Assembly: GCA_012026655.1 (NCBI GenBank) | Contig: JAAILG010001511.1 | Span: 1 to 64,000 of the forward strand | Reading direction: 5' to 3' | Length of the DNA stretch: 64,000 nucleotides | Source of the DNA: Hydrolagus affinis | Lineage: Eukaryota | Shown: one piece after another, positions 26,223 through 38,816 of the stretch | Layout of the letters: every line of letters begins with the position of its first letter | Position numbering within the stretch: position 1 is the first letter of the stretch | Notes under the pieces: generated by a model | Seen by the model: the letters and a program-made list of their open reading frames with translations, nothing else | Databases searched by the model: none | What the model was told of the DNA's origin: nothing | Position numbers and translations under genes: made by a program

Positions 26223-26695
26223 CTGAACACAAAACAGAAACCATTAAGCGCACGGTGATCAGCCAGCAAACAAAATTCCTTCCCACTCTGCGTATAGAAG
26301 GGATTAAAATATAACATTAAACCGACATTTATACGTCAATTGACCGTAACCACATTGCGGTCGACTTATGAGGAATGGCAACCGTTCTTCAGCCTTTAAA
26401 AGAGGATACCTCGGGGAGCTGTGTGCAGAGGTACACTGCACTGCTAAATGGAATCGGGAAAGTAGACCCGAAATTATACTTTCAGGTATTCTCAGACGCC
26501 AGGATTTGAGGACACAACCTGGAACAGGTTTGAGAAGGGCAGGGTCAGGACAGCCACCAGGAAGTATTTCCCTTCAAAGCTGGAATAGGTTTCTAGGAAG
26601 TATGATGGGGCACCTGCACTCATTTAACACACAGCTTAAAAACTGAGAAACCCGTTTCACTCCTGCAGTTGCTGAAAAAGCTCTCCAGAGAAGTT

Positions 26696-27025
26696 TAATA
26701 ATAATAATAATCCTTGCATTTGATATGGCACTTTTTCACATCTTATCGATATCTCAAAGCTCTTCACAGAATATACTGCAAAGTGAACTGATTGTATATT
26801 TGTGAGCAAAACGTGGCAGCCAAATGCGCACAGCTGTGTCTCACAAACAGCCATGGATTGAAATTACCAATTTATTATTATTGTGGGTTTTTTTTTTGAG
26901 GGATTATTCTTAGGCGTTGTGTGTGTGGAGTAAGAAAACTTGCCCTAGGTTTCGCCCTGACCTGCCTGGATTCGAACACAGGTCTCACTCATTTAAGGCG
27001 AGTGCTCTGACCACTGAGCTACAGG
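26696..27025 (-). mobile_element. tRNA-derived SINE, full length
   Basis: Reverse complement of consensus with GGATTCGAAC B box and CCACTGAGCTACAGGA head. Confidence 0.9.
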
Positions 27026-27142
27026 ATGAAGATGGCTCTTTGACGTCATGTGTCCAACAATACCCACTCCACCCATCTCCTACTGTAGAGCTAAGGCATT
27101 TCAGCACAAGGTGCAATTTGAAAACAAAGCTGGAGTTTTTAC

Positions 27143-27297
27143 CGCTCGCTCTTTAGTTCTGCAAAACGTTTTCTGATGTCGTCCACAGTGATCTCAAAGA
27201 AATCATCAGCTGGTTCCTCAAAAGCCCTCGAAGAACTTTCCCCAGAGTCACGCTGCTTTACAGCCAGATGGTAAACAAGTGCGTCTCGGTCAACAGC
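27143..27297 (-). CDS. ASPSCR1: ASPSCR1 coding exon 8 (helical lariat preceding UBX)
   Basis: tttgAAG|AVDRDALVYHL...EEPADDFFEITVDDIRKRFAELKSE(R)|GTAAAA; 155 nt; conserved DxFFExTVDD motif. Confidence 0.95.
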
Positions 27298-30200
27298 CTT
27301 CAAAACAATTAAGAGATGGTCACCGTTCACTTAGAACTCGGCCTGCTAGTTACAAATAAAGCAACACTATACAAACAAAAGCAAAAATAAAGCAAGACCC
27401 TACAAATAGCATTATAGGCTTCAGTGCTGGAGATAATATGTTGTTAAGTATTTAAGATTTTCAATAGAAAGACATGGAAAGTTTGGAGGGACAGACAGCT
27501 GCAGTCTACTTTTGTGAAGCTCCAAACACGGTCTGTGGTGTCCAGTCTGGTTCTTTAAAAGAGCCATTCAGTTGATTCCCTTTTCCCCCAAAAAATATTT
27601 ATCTGATTCCCTGATGAAACGCCAAATTAATTCCCCTTCAAGTGGTTTTCAGTACAGTGTCCCAGGTCTTAATAATGCTCTGGGTGCAAAGAAACATTGC
27701 TCATCACTCCTATGATTTGTTTTTTGTTGGCATTATCTGCAAAAATATTCCACAACTAGTGGGAGGGGCATTTCGAAGGAACGCATTACAAGTAAAGGAG
27801 TTCAAAAGAATTAATGGCGAAAGCTTTGTATAAACCCACTTGTTCCCCTCCAGCAGTGACTCCCATTTTCTTTTACTGAAGTGTGGTTTATAAAGGCTGC
27901 TGGTGGCCCAGTTTATACTGCACTACAGGTTCACAGCAGGATGTCTGTACTCATTAAACCAATTCTCAAAACAAGCAAAAAAAAACACCCCCCCCCACGC
28001 AGGTCAGTAAACAAGAATACTGACGTCTAAATTGGGAATGAAAGTGAAGCCATTACAGCACCATTTCCAATTACCACAGCACTGACTGCCACTCAGCAAC
28101 CACAGAAAACACGGTGCAGTAGGTTTGAAACTAACAACTGTAGTTTCTAGCGAATGCAACAGATCACTACGCTGGCTGGAGAGGCAGACTTCAATGCTGC
28201 TTTGAAAGCCTCGTTGCTAATTTGTGGACAATTACACTGGCCAACACAGCCTCACAGCAACCCTCCCTTGGCTATATAAACTTTGCTTGGATGGTGTTTG
28301 AGAGAGAGAAAAAAAAACTGCGCTGAGCCAAACGACAACTCGCCCCACCTTGCGGGAAAAATAATGTTAAAAGGTATGCAAGTTGTTTTTACTGCACAAC
28401 TGTAATTTGAGCCAGTGTCTTTTCCCAGTATAATGGAAAGAAAATGACAATGTTCTCAAGGGAAGCAAAGTAGGTGGGTTAGAATTCATCACACTTCGAT
28501 GAAGCCAAACGTCAAGACTCTTTGAACAAACTTCTAGGGAATTGAGCCAGACAAAAATCAAAGGTAACATCCCAATCAATTCAAAAAGCCCCAACTTTAC
28601 AGCACAGCCTTGCTGGCCATGCATTACAACTCGTACACTGCAGGTCAAAGCATCGGACAGGAATGGCAAAGCTTTACACGTTGCGGAGGAAGCAGGTGAA
28701 ACGGAAATCGCTCAACAAGTACCTTCAAATGCTCTTGCGTGGGCGACATCTCTGGCGAGGCCAATGCTTTATGCGGTGCATTTTCTGGGCACTACAGGAA
28801 AAGAGAGACATCGGATAACTTTCAGCATCACCAATATTAACTGTAATTATCATCTGTGCGTGCGTCAAAAGTGAAATTTGGAATGCGACAAGCAGACTTG
28901 GGTGGTGCACTATCCAGGGAAAGTATAGCACAGAGGGTTCTAAGTGCAGGGTAAACGCAGCGTAATTATAGTATTTTCTCAAAAACTGACGAAGGTGTGT
29001 CTGCTATCCTTAAAAATATTCTTTTTATGAAACTCTAGCATTAGCTTGAAAACAAACCAGCGGGATTCTGAGCAGAACTTTGGGAAGCCCTACAATAAAT
29101 AGAACTGCAAACTCAATCCTCATAGACAAGCCAACGGGCTGCAGCAGGAGGCCCCAAGTTAGCTATCCTAATAGCAATAGTACCAGGTTGGAGCGGGGAT
29201 TGTTAGTAATACTCCTTGTTTGACATGGCGCCTTGTCACGTCTTTGAGGTGTCTCAAAGCGCTTCACGGCATATACTGTCAAATGGAGTGACCGCATTTT
29301 TGTGGGCGAAATTGTATCCCGACAATAATTCATAATTAGGCCAAAATTCTGAATCAAGAAATGAGGGTGAGGTGTACAGTGATTCGCACTGAAGCCTGGC
29401 TGCTTGGGTTGTTCTGTGGATTTGCCAAAGAATTGATTCGCATCACTGCAGTACAAATGCAGGCAGCGTGAATCTATGTGGCCTCTGTTCAAAACTGGTC
29501 CCTTAGAAGTACTTGGGTGGTCCTACGCACCATTGCAAGAACTTAGAAGGAAATGTTTTTAATCTTATTAAGGAAGCGGTCGTGTGACCGACTCTTTAAG
29601 CAGGTTAGAAGCTAACACAAGCAACCAGGTTACACGTGGGCTGAGCTCTCACCAGCTCCGAGAAAGATTGGAAGAAAGAAATCACTACCACTGAGGCTGC
29701 TTTAGTATCAATCAGGCTCAAAGTTCCCTCTGTTCTCAAAAGAGAAATCAAAACACATATTTGCACACATGGGTACCTATTACAGTTTCCAAACAAACAG
29801 CACAAACATTTTGGGGACAGCCACTAGTATGATTTGCTGAACTTAATCCTGGGGGCAAAACGGGTTCTGATTTTCAACGGATATATTTATTGAGCAAGTC
29901 AGCAAATGTCCACCAACAGGTAGAAAAGCTTAGCATTCGCCCACAAGCAGAGTGTGCCCTCGGACGACCGTGGTAATAATTAAACCATCACAGGCAGGAA
30001 GGTCTAACGCCCGTGTACACATTATCCAAAGTCCTAAAGAAAACTTACCAGCAATCGTCATTTCCAGGCGCTTATTATGCCACCCAATATACCGGTGTTG
30101 GTTAGGTAATAACAGGTTGCGAGGGAATTATTTTTGATCCAGGCACAAAGTGCTGAAATTCAGTATTAAAGGATTTGCAGCGACTTTGGGGCCAAAGCCA

Positions 30201-33200
30201 AAATTAACCTGCCATGTGATGTGGCAGCACACTACTAATTAAACTAGTTATCCCCAAACCTGATGATTGTTGAATTATGGTTTATATATCAAGACGGGCT
30301 TGCAATTAAGCTTAGCCATGTAGTAGAATAATAATTACGGGGTTGACCAAAATGTTTTGACGGTTTTTTTTTTCTCCCCAGCAAGGATCTAGATTGTGAA
30401 ATGGACAGAAATACTATCATTAAAGAGGGACTGGACTGAACAAATTGTGTTGTGCTGCACATTTATTAAATTGATAAATTAATTCTACCCATTCATCTCA
30501 CCTCACTGTACCAGACCAGATGCCTGAACATGGTAAAAAGAATGCATTCTCAGCATTTTACAGGTAGCCAAGTGTCCTCCGTAAATCTTGCAGCGCATTT
30601 CCAATTATTTATTGATGCAGACAGCTGGAGAAGCAGTGGGAAAGTTTGACAGACGGTGCTCTCAATTGGAAGCTACAGGTTTTTTTAGCTGATTCGACTG
30701 CAGCTGTACCACAACACAAATGCTGAGGTCCTCAAGCCTTTTGCTAACCTGCGCAATTAGGTAAGCCTTCTTCCAGAGAGAGAGAGAGTGCGTGTCACAT
30801 TCCTATAAACATCTCTGGATGTGGAGGTGGGATTCATGGAATTCTCAGTTTGGTTGGATGCTCTTAAACACAGTGGTGGGCTTCACTTAGATGACCCCTT
30901 CAAATCATCCTATTCATATTAAACCAATTTTTTTTTAATAAAAGCTCTTGGTAACGGGGAAGAACAATCCTTAAGAAAACTGAATACTCACTGTTTGTGC
31001 AAGCATTCTGTGTGCAAATTGGCTGCTGCTTTGGCCGAAAAATACACAGTCACTAAAGTTGACAGCGACAACTATCCGTGAAGCCTTCTATAGGGGCTTC
31101 ACAAATAGGGTGCAATATTATTGTTACTATAATCACATCCCTGCTTTTCTTAAAAATAAACCACAACTTTCGTTGCGATACTGCACCACATGACAGGAAA
31201 AGTCTCGCGCTGTTAACTTTCCCGATTGAAAGCGCACTGGATTCAATTGAACTGATGCAGAAACCACACTTTTATCGTCCCCGTTTCTGCAGCCAGCGTT
31301 GCAGGGGCCAACTATTTTTTGTTCAAATCCGAATATTTTCCGTTATATGCCATACAACAGATGTACAAACTGAAAGGGAATGTGAACGGCCGGGGCTGAA
31401 TCTGGCTCAATTGCCTGTTGTTACACATCTCTCACAAGTTATTTGTTTCCCTTCTCCTCGAGTATCAGCAGCACACGCTTTAGAAAAAGACCACCCCTCC
31501 AAAAAAAACACACACACCCCCTCTTTCATCTCGATTACACTGATTACAACAGCCGGTAAGGGCTCATTAAGTGCTGGAATGAACCCTAGCAATCTTTTAA
31601 ACCACTTTTCCATAGACATGCGCATCAAAAGCAAACACGTTGACCATCTTGTGCATTATACGGAGGACGCCATCCCAGGTTTAATCACTAGGCTCCAGCC
31701 GAGAAGGTGGATGTTAGGGAGGGAGTGGGGGTGGGAGGGGGCAGAGAAAGAGAGAAACGCACTTTCAGACTTTGATCACAAAGTTGTACCATCTATCAGG
31801 CCTCTAATTGTGATATACCATATGTTGCACCCTTGCCCCCACCCCCCCAACCGCCCCCCCCACCCCCCACCTCAATCCCCCAGCCTGTGGAGTCATGGCA
31901 GATATCAAAGCTCTGTATTTACAGTTATCTCGTGCTTTGCAGGAAGTAATCAGTTCTGTTCGGGGTCACTGCTTTGGCCTGGGACAGAGGAGCAAAGCAA
32001 CCAACGCCAACTTCAAAGTGAGGTGCTCCTCACTGTTGTTCGAACTCTGGACTACAAACACTATAATCAAGGAAATTTCAGCTCTGATCTGCCGAGAGTT
32101 CAGTGAAAACTACCTTTGAATAATTAAAGTTAGACATCAAAGCCTCGGAGGTTTGGTCTGCGAAACATGCGTGGCAGAAGAAAGCAGAGTACATATTTTA
32201 TCCTGTTCAATTTCTGATTGCAAACCACACTTCATCAAACGCGAGTGGAAAATGTACTGTTTTCCCTTCTCTTTTTATTAACCGAGCATACCTTTGAAGT
32301 GCAGAGTTCTTTTCGAGCACAAACAGCAAAAAACATAAAGTATTTTAGGCAAACTCAAACAGCCGGAAGATTTGCCCCAGCCGTAAAATGGGTCTGCGCT
32401 GACTTCGTTCAACATCTGACACAGATGTTTACGACAGATTTCAAAGCCATCTCAACCAACTAGCTGGTTACTCTAAGAGCTGGCCTCTAATAAATACTAA
32501 CAATAGCGATAATAAACCTCGTATTTGATATGCCCTATGCCTTATCGTGTCAAGAGGATGTTTCAAAGCGCTTCGCAGAAGATACAGTACAGTAAAGTAA
32601 ATTGACTGTGAATTTTGCGGGCAAAACGTTCATCCAAACAGCAGGTCTATACAGTAATGAAGCAGCATTGCACTGGAATGTTAGCCTAGACTTTGAATTC
32701 CAGTGCCAACCTAAGGCTTGAGGCCAAACCTTCTGACCTAGGGATTAAGCGTACAACCAAGCCCGTACCTTGGCAGCTAAAAAAACAGGAGAGATGTCTT
32801 GCAGAGGGAGAAGGAAAGCACCAGCTAGTTATCACCGCACAGTTTTGTGCAGTTCCTCTTGAATGGTTTAGAGTAGACTGGGCTGGGACCTGAAGAGAAG
32901 AAATCACCGATCTCTCCAACCATTATATAACGAGCGCTATATAAATGCAAGTTGTTGTTAAAGACTGCCTCGGGTGACTGCAGACTAAACTGGCTTAGCA
33001 AGAGGTTTTTTCTCAGGCACTGTTCACCCCAGGGAGACTGCTGTTCACCCATTTCCACTTCTGCCTCCCACCTCAGATTATTTTAGACGTGGCAGTCCTT
33101 TTGAATCAAACTTCGAGGCTGAGTGAATCCATCGAGGTTCGAACCAAGAACGTGCTTATTCCAATGCTGACCTGTGTCCCAGGATCGGAGGCCATATCCA

Positions 33201-33984
33201 TAGCTACGAAAAGCACCCTTTCAGATTCTCACTGTAATTAACCACATTTCCTTTACACTGGCTTTTTAAAAAAGAGACTTAAATTAAAACCACGTGAACC
33301 AGTATAACATGCACAACATGAGCCACCTCAGATACTTAGATAGATCCTGATGAAGCTGTAGGCTCTTCCTTCAACAAAATCCTCCTAAAAACACACCCTT
33401 TCAACCCTATTAGTGGACAACATCGTTATCTCCTCCCGTCATAACTGTGGAAGGCCTTGAGATGACTGTTCTAGGTGAAAGGCGCTACATGATCATTGCC
33501 GTTGTTGAGGCGAGCTGCTGGGAGTAAACATCAGGGTGACAGTTTACAACAAGAATACCACTGAAAGTATTCACTGAGTGAACCTTCTAAATCCTTCAAA
33601 TAGATGCTCCCTTTCCACAATCATTTCCTCTGTGTGAAGAGCTTTGAGACGGTCTCCCCAACATGACTATTCAACAACAACAACAGCAAAAATACATTTG
33701 TAGAGTTCACTGGACAGTCATTAGTTCAGCTTGGCGCGAGCTAGAAGCTTTTAAAGAAATAAGATTCCTTCCACCATCCATGTGGTTTACTGAAAAAATG
33801 ACCTGTGGGATTTTATCTCAACCACAAACTTTATTTTTGAAATGGTCCACGTCTGGCACATCTACACATCCTAAAACTGTAGGAATTAGTAACAACAACT
33901 GTTACCCACAGCACTTATAGCCACATTGAGCTCCGTTATTAGACGCTCACCAAATACGCTGGATCTTGAACTCAACCTCATTAG

Positions 33985-34318
33985 TAATAATAAACCTTGC
34001 ATTTGATAGTGCGTTATTATGTCTTCGACACATCTCAAAGTGCTTTTCAGAATATACTGTGAAGTCAATTGACTGTATTTTGTGGGTGAAATAACACACA
34101 GCAGTGTCCCACAAACAGTCATGGTTTGAGTGACCAAATGATATATTTTTTTTGAAAGGATCATCACCCCTGGAAAAGTGCAATCCACCGATCGACTAAC
34201 AACCAAGTTCCTATTTGCTGCTAGGTAAACAGAGTTATGTAGAGTAACGGCCTGGCCTGGGAATCAAACCCAGATCCCCTTGGTAGCGAGGCGAGTCCTC
34301 TAACCAATATTCTACAGG
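33985..34318 (-). mobile_element. Older, longer SINE subfamily copy
   Basis: Tail, body, internal CTCTGTTTACCTAGCAGCAAATAGGAAC (minus strand), diverged tRNA head. Confidence 0.7.
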
Positions 34319-37300
34319 TCTCTGCAATCCAACCTAATCTGGGTTCCATGGCCACGTGTTCTCATTTGCAGTTCATTTCCTTCCTCACTGTGCATCTGGT
34401 CTGACCATCTTAGGCCACCAGCGCACACTGATATTTGAACCTGATGCAGGGGATTTTTGCCCATTTGCTCACTGTGTTCTCGTGTCGTCGATCCCCAAAC
34501 TCCCATTAAAGACGATTCTTAATAAAACAAACACAAGCTGAAAGGAACACAGGAACACTGAATCGTACAACAGTGCCGCAAAACATCTCGGCAGGTATAG
34601 CAGGAGAGGTCAGTCACATATCAATGAAGCAAAGCTGTTAAAAGAAGGGGAAGCACATCACCCGAGAAGTGAATTAGCTGTAAAGCTCCAAGATGCATTT
34701 GCTAGCCCTCTTGAGAACATTCAATCCTTTTTTTTTTAATCTCCCCTAGTACTCAACGTCCTTTGGAACCTTCAAAAAATTTACGTTCTCAAAGAATAAC
34801 GATGCAAAGAAAGCAATGCTTACCGATATTACTCTGTGGGAAAGTTGCTGACAGGAAAGGTTTTGGAAGTCATTCAGAAGGCAGCCTGAACAAGAGTAAA
34901 TTAAGTGCGCAGCTGTTCCTCGGAAACTCAAAATAAGCCAATGTTCAGGGTAGAATTTGAACCCAATGCTTACAATTTGTACAGAAAGGATGATACAGAT
35001 TATAATCGGTGAGAAGGAAAGAATCTGCAATGCCCCCAGCACTGCACTGGAGTATGAGCCTATAAGTCTCTATGTCTTTTCAGACTCGAAGGCAAGAGTG
35101 CTACTGACTGAGCTAAGCAGCCTTTCCTAATCTGCAGCAAGACAAAACAACAGTTTAATTTTTTTTAAATGGTGACCAAAAGTTTGAGGCCATTTTAATG
35201 AAGCATAAAGAAATCTTCACTGCCCTCCAACAATGATTGTTCAGCGCCTTGGGATGTCCTCCCAAGGTGAAAGGTGCTATATAAATGTAATTTTGTTGTT
35301 GTCAATAGACCAGGGAGTAGTCAATCACGCAATCACCTTTTAAAGACACCGTTTCCGAACAGGAAAGCATTCTACACCATAGGGAGGGGGGTGTAGGGGG
35401 AGTAACCTCCCATCTCGTAAATGCCAGTCAAACGAACAGTCACCCAGAATAGATTTATAAGTCTACAATCTAAGAATACTTAGTTACCTCTAATTCTATT
35501 TTGGTTTCCAACACAGCCTGATGAAGACATGTTGGATGTCTTACGGTTTTAACTTCCTATTCTCCCCCACAATTACAGTTTGTGTACTGTGTGCTGCCGT
35601 GAAACCAAACTATTTGGGTTGTTTCATTGTGCGATTCCACTTCTCTCTCTTACACACACTATAATCACACAGTAAAACTCCACATCAAGCTTGCTATCCC
35701 TTTTCACCAAAGCATTTAATAGTTCTTTAAACTAAAAAAAAGTGTATTGCTGTCGCGTCTTGCCACACCAAAACATCTCAACTCAAATTGTGGTCAAGTG
35801 GAAATTAATGTGGAGTAAAATGTGCAAATTAACGTGGAGTAACGTTTTGTAGGTGACCAGGGTGGCAGCCATGAAGCGAATGACCAATTTTAGATTGTTG
35901 GCAATGACACTGGGAGAAAATCCCTTTTTACAAGGTCTATACGCCCATCTTAGTAGGCAGATGGGGCCTTGGTTTAATTTCTCACCAAAGGATGGCATCA
36001 CAATGCCACATTTGAGTGTCAGTCTGGTCTGCTATTTTAACGTCCACTTAGGAAAATCTCCATGACAATATAAAACCTGTTCTACTGTTTAATGATACTT
36101 TGCTTGCTGGATTGACTGCTTTTACCAAAGGTTCTACTTGAAATGCCAAACAATCGAATGGAGTTTCAAAGACTTGGCACACCTCTGCATAGAAAAAAAG
36201 AGAGCTAATTTCACAACCATTAGGTAACTATCGTTCCACTTCAAATTAATGTGGATCCGGGAAGTTATGTGGAAATTCTCAAGCTGGAAAAATCAGACAC
36301 CACTGTAGATAGGGAATTTGGACTCGGTCTGAGTACCCCTCGCTCTTTATGCCAGATGAACAGCAGGATTCCTCGCCAGGAACTCAATGTCAAATTAAAC
36401 AACGGGTTCAAACACCAGCATCTGCTGACCCAGACATATAGACAGCTGGGGGCTGGGGTTAGGAGATTGAAAAGCAAGAACTCAGCTGTAAGCACTACAA
36501 TGGCAATGAATAGAGAGAGGCTTCTTGTAGCTGTCCACCGGAAGGAGAACTCAACTGGAAACAGGACTTCAAAAAAATTATCCTAAGCACCAAAGAATTC
36601 TGAAAACTATGACATAAAGTTGGCTGAAACCTAGACTTATGACAATGGGATATAAACTGATCAGGAATTTACGAGTGTAATGAGAGAGCAATTTTGTGTA
36701 ATACCAGAGACAGATCAAACACAGGAGCCACACGGTACTGAGAAGGTTCATTGTTACAGACCTCTGAACACAAAGGGCTATTCCCGATGAAAATCCTGTG
36801 CAAATTGCTCCAGAGAATCTGGGCACTGATCCTGCTTGATATACCTGTTTTCAGGCCTGTCAAAAAGCTCTAAACTATCAATCACCTGTGATAGCGGAGC
36901 ATGCACTTTTGAATTTATCCAGACATTATTCTTCTTTTACGAGGACTAGATGATGTGTCCAGTTGAACTAAAGAACATTTCTGGAACGAAAAAGATGATG
37001 CGAGAGCCAGTGGATAGCAAATAAGCTCATAAAGCACCTGGAGGAAAGGGCCAATATACTAGAACATTCGTTCCTGTTGTATGGGCAGCCGACTGAGTCT
37101 GTGTTAATGGGAGACAGCTGTGCACGATTGGCTGCCTCATTTCGCCCACAAATACATAGTCAATCTACTTTATACAGTATATTCTGTGAAGCGCTTTGAG
37201 TCGTCTCACCAACACGCTATATCAAACGCAGGGATTACTATTCTTATGATGTGGATGAAACACACAACTCTAAGGTTGCGTTTTCTGAAAAGCCAGGAAC

Positions 37301-38212
37301 CGTACCCCTCGGAGGAAATGGCCACGTTTCCAACTTAATCACCATTTGTACGTACAGTGTGTTGTAAACTGAAAATTAAAAGCAGGCAGCAGCATTTTAA
37401 TTTCCTATATAATCGAAAAATACATTATACAGTTAATTTAGGGTTAGGATAAAAAAGATAAAAGTAAACTCCAGAGTAAAAAGGAACACTAAGTGTAAAA
37501 ATAGCCAAAGTACTGTTTACGTAGCTTTACCATATATACTCTGCCCAAGCTTAGTTATTAAGTAGGTATGTCCTAACTCTACATCACCAAAGCTGCGTCC
37601 AATGTACCTTGAATACAAGATGACCTCTCTATAGGCACTAATGTAATAAATCAACACAGTGTTCTGATCAAGAAGCGTTGAGCTGCCTTCCTACATCCAT
37701 TGAAGCCTTCCAGCACAGTAAGGGTACTATACTTTTCTGACCTTCTGACTGGAGTATTGGAATAGGTTGATGGTTAGGTGAGGCCTAAGTGTGGACAACG
37801 GTAGGAGAATGGCTTCTTTGAAAGTTTTACCAGACAAGTACACCTCAGTATTGTAGAGGATGGGAGTGCAGGCAGATTCAGGATTAATAAGACCGAGAAA
37901 GCAGATCCTCTCGTTTCAGTTCCATGTGAGTACTACAACGTGGCTTTCAAAGATACTGCGGTGAAGGAACAAATTCCCCCGTGTACAATAAAAAAAATAA
38001 GGTATGGGTTTAAAGCTTTTGCAGATTGTCATTGTGAAAATCCAAGAGAGATTAACACAGAGGAGTTTAATTCAACGGCATAATTTGGTATCGTAAGTTA
38101 CTAGGTCAGAAATATTATAGCGAGTGCAATAACCCCGTGTACATTTAATCGCATTCTTGTGGTACTGGTGGACGGGTGGGTTTTCTCTAATGAAACGGAT
38201 GCTATTTCCTAC

Positions 38213-38816
38213 CTTAGACGGTGACTGCTCAAGCGTGGGTTTAGATTTCTTTGGAAGTGGTGGGCCTCCTGGACTGGAAAGGGATCTGGGTGACTTTTTT
38301 TCCGAAGGAGGCACTTTCCCTCCAGCCTCCGATCCTCCCAGTTGCTGCCCACCTCCTTTGAAGGGAACAAATGGGACACAGTTCTCGTGAGGTGCGCAAG
38401 AGGCACCGGGCTCGGTTACATCAGGCCTTTCTGAGGAAGGAACTGTTTTCGAAGCAGCAGCCTTGCCTAGAGACTCAGATCGCCTCCTCACAAGGTCCAC
38501 CTTGATCTGGTCAGTTGACAATTTGTTCCCAATCTCTTCTGTTTGCAAAACGTCTGCAGTCTTTTGACTGAGCTTGTTGTTGTTAGAGCCCAATGGTGGT
38601 CCATCCTGGTTTCCTTCTGGGAGCTCTACAGTTCTGCTTGGCACAGCCTCAGTCAAACCATTGGAGTTTGAATCTTTCGCAGAATGATCCGAGGCATCTG
38701 ATTTGGACGGCAAGCCATCGACATCCTTGGTGGCTGAGGTTTTTGTGACTGGCTGTTCATCAGCGACGACCGCCAAATCCATGGGCTCATCGGGTCTAGA
38801 TTTCTTCAGGACATAC
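38213..38816 (-). CDS. ASPSCR1: ASPSCR1 coding exon 7 (low-complexity linker with SHP box)
   Basis: Within ORF 38072..38836; acgTAG|YVLKKSR...FVPFKGGGQQLG...SPGGPPLPKKSK...SPSK|GTAGGA; 604 nt, phase 2 to 0. Confidence 0.93.

Noticed and set aside
33327-33368. 42-nt exon-like segment between exons 7 and 8
   Set aside because: In-frame TAA and weak donor; exons 7 and 8 already join in phase.
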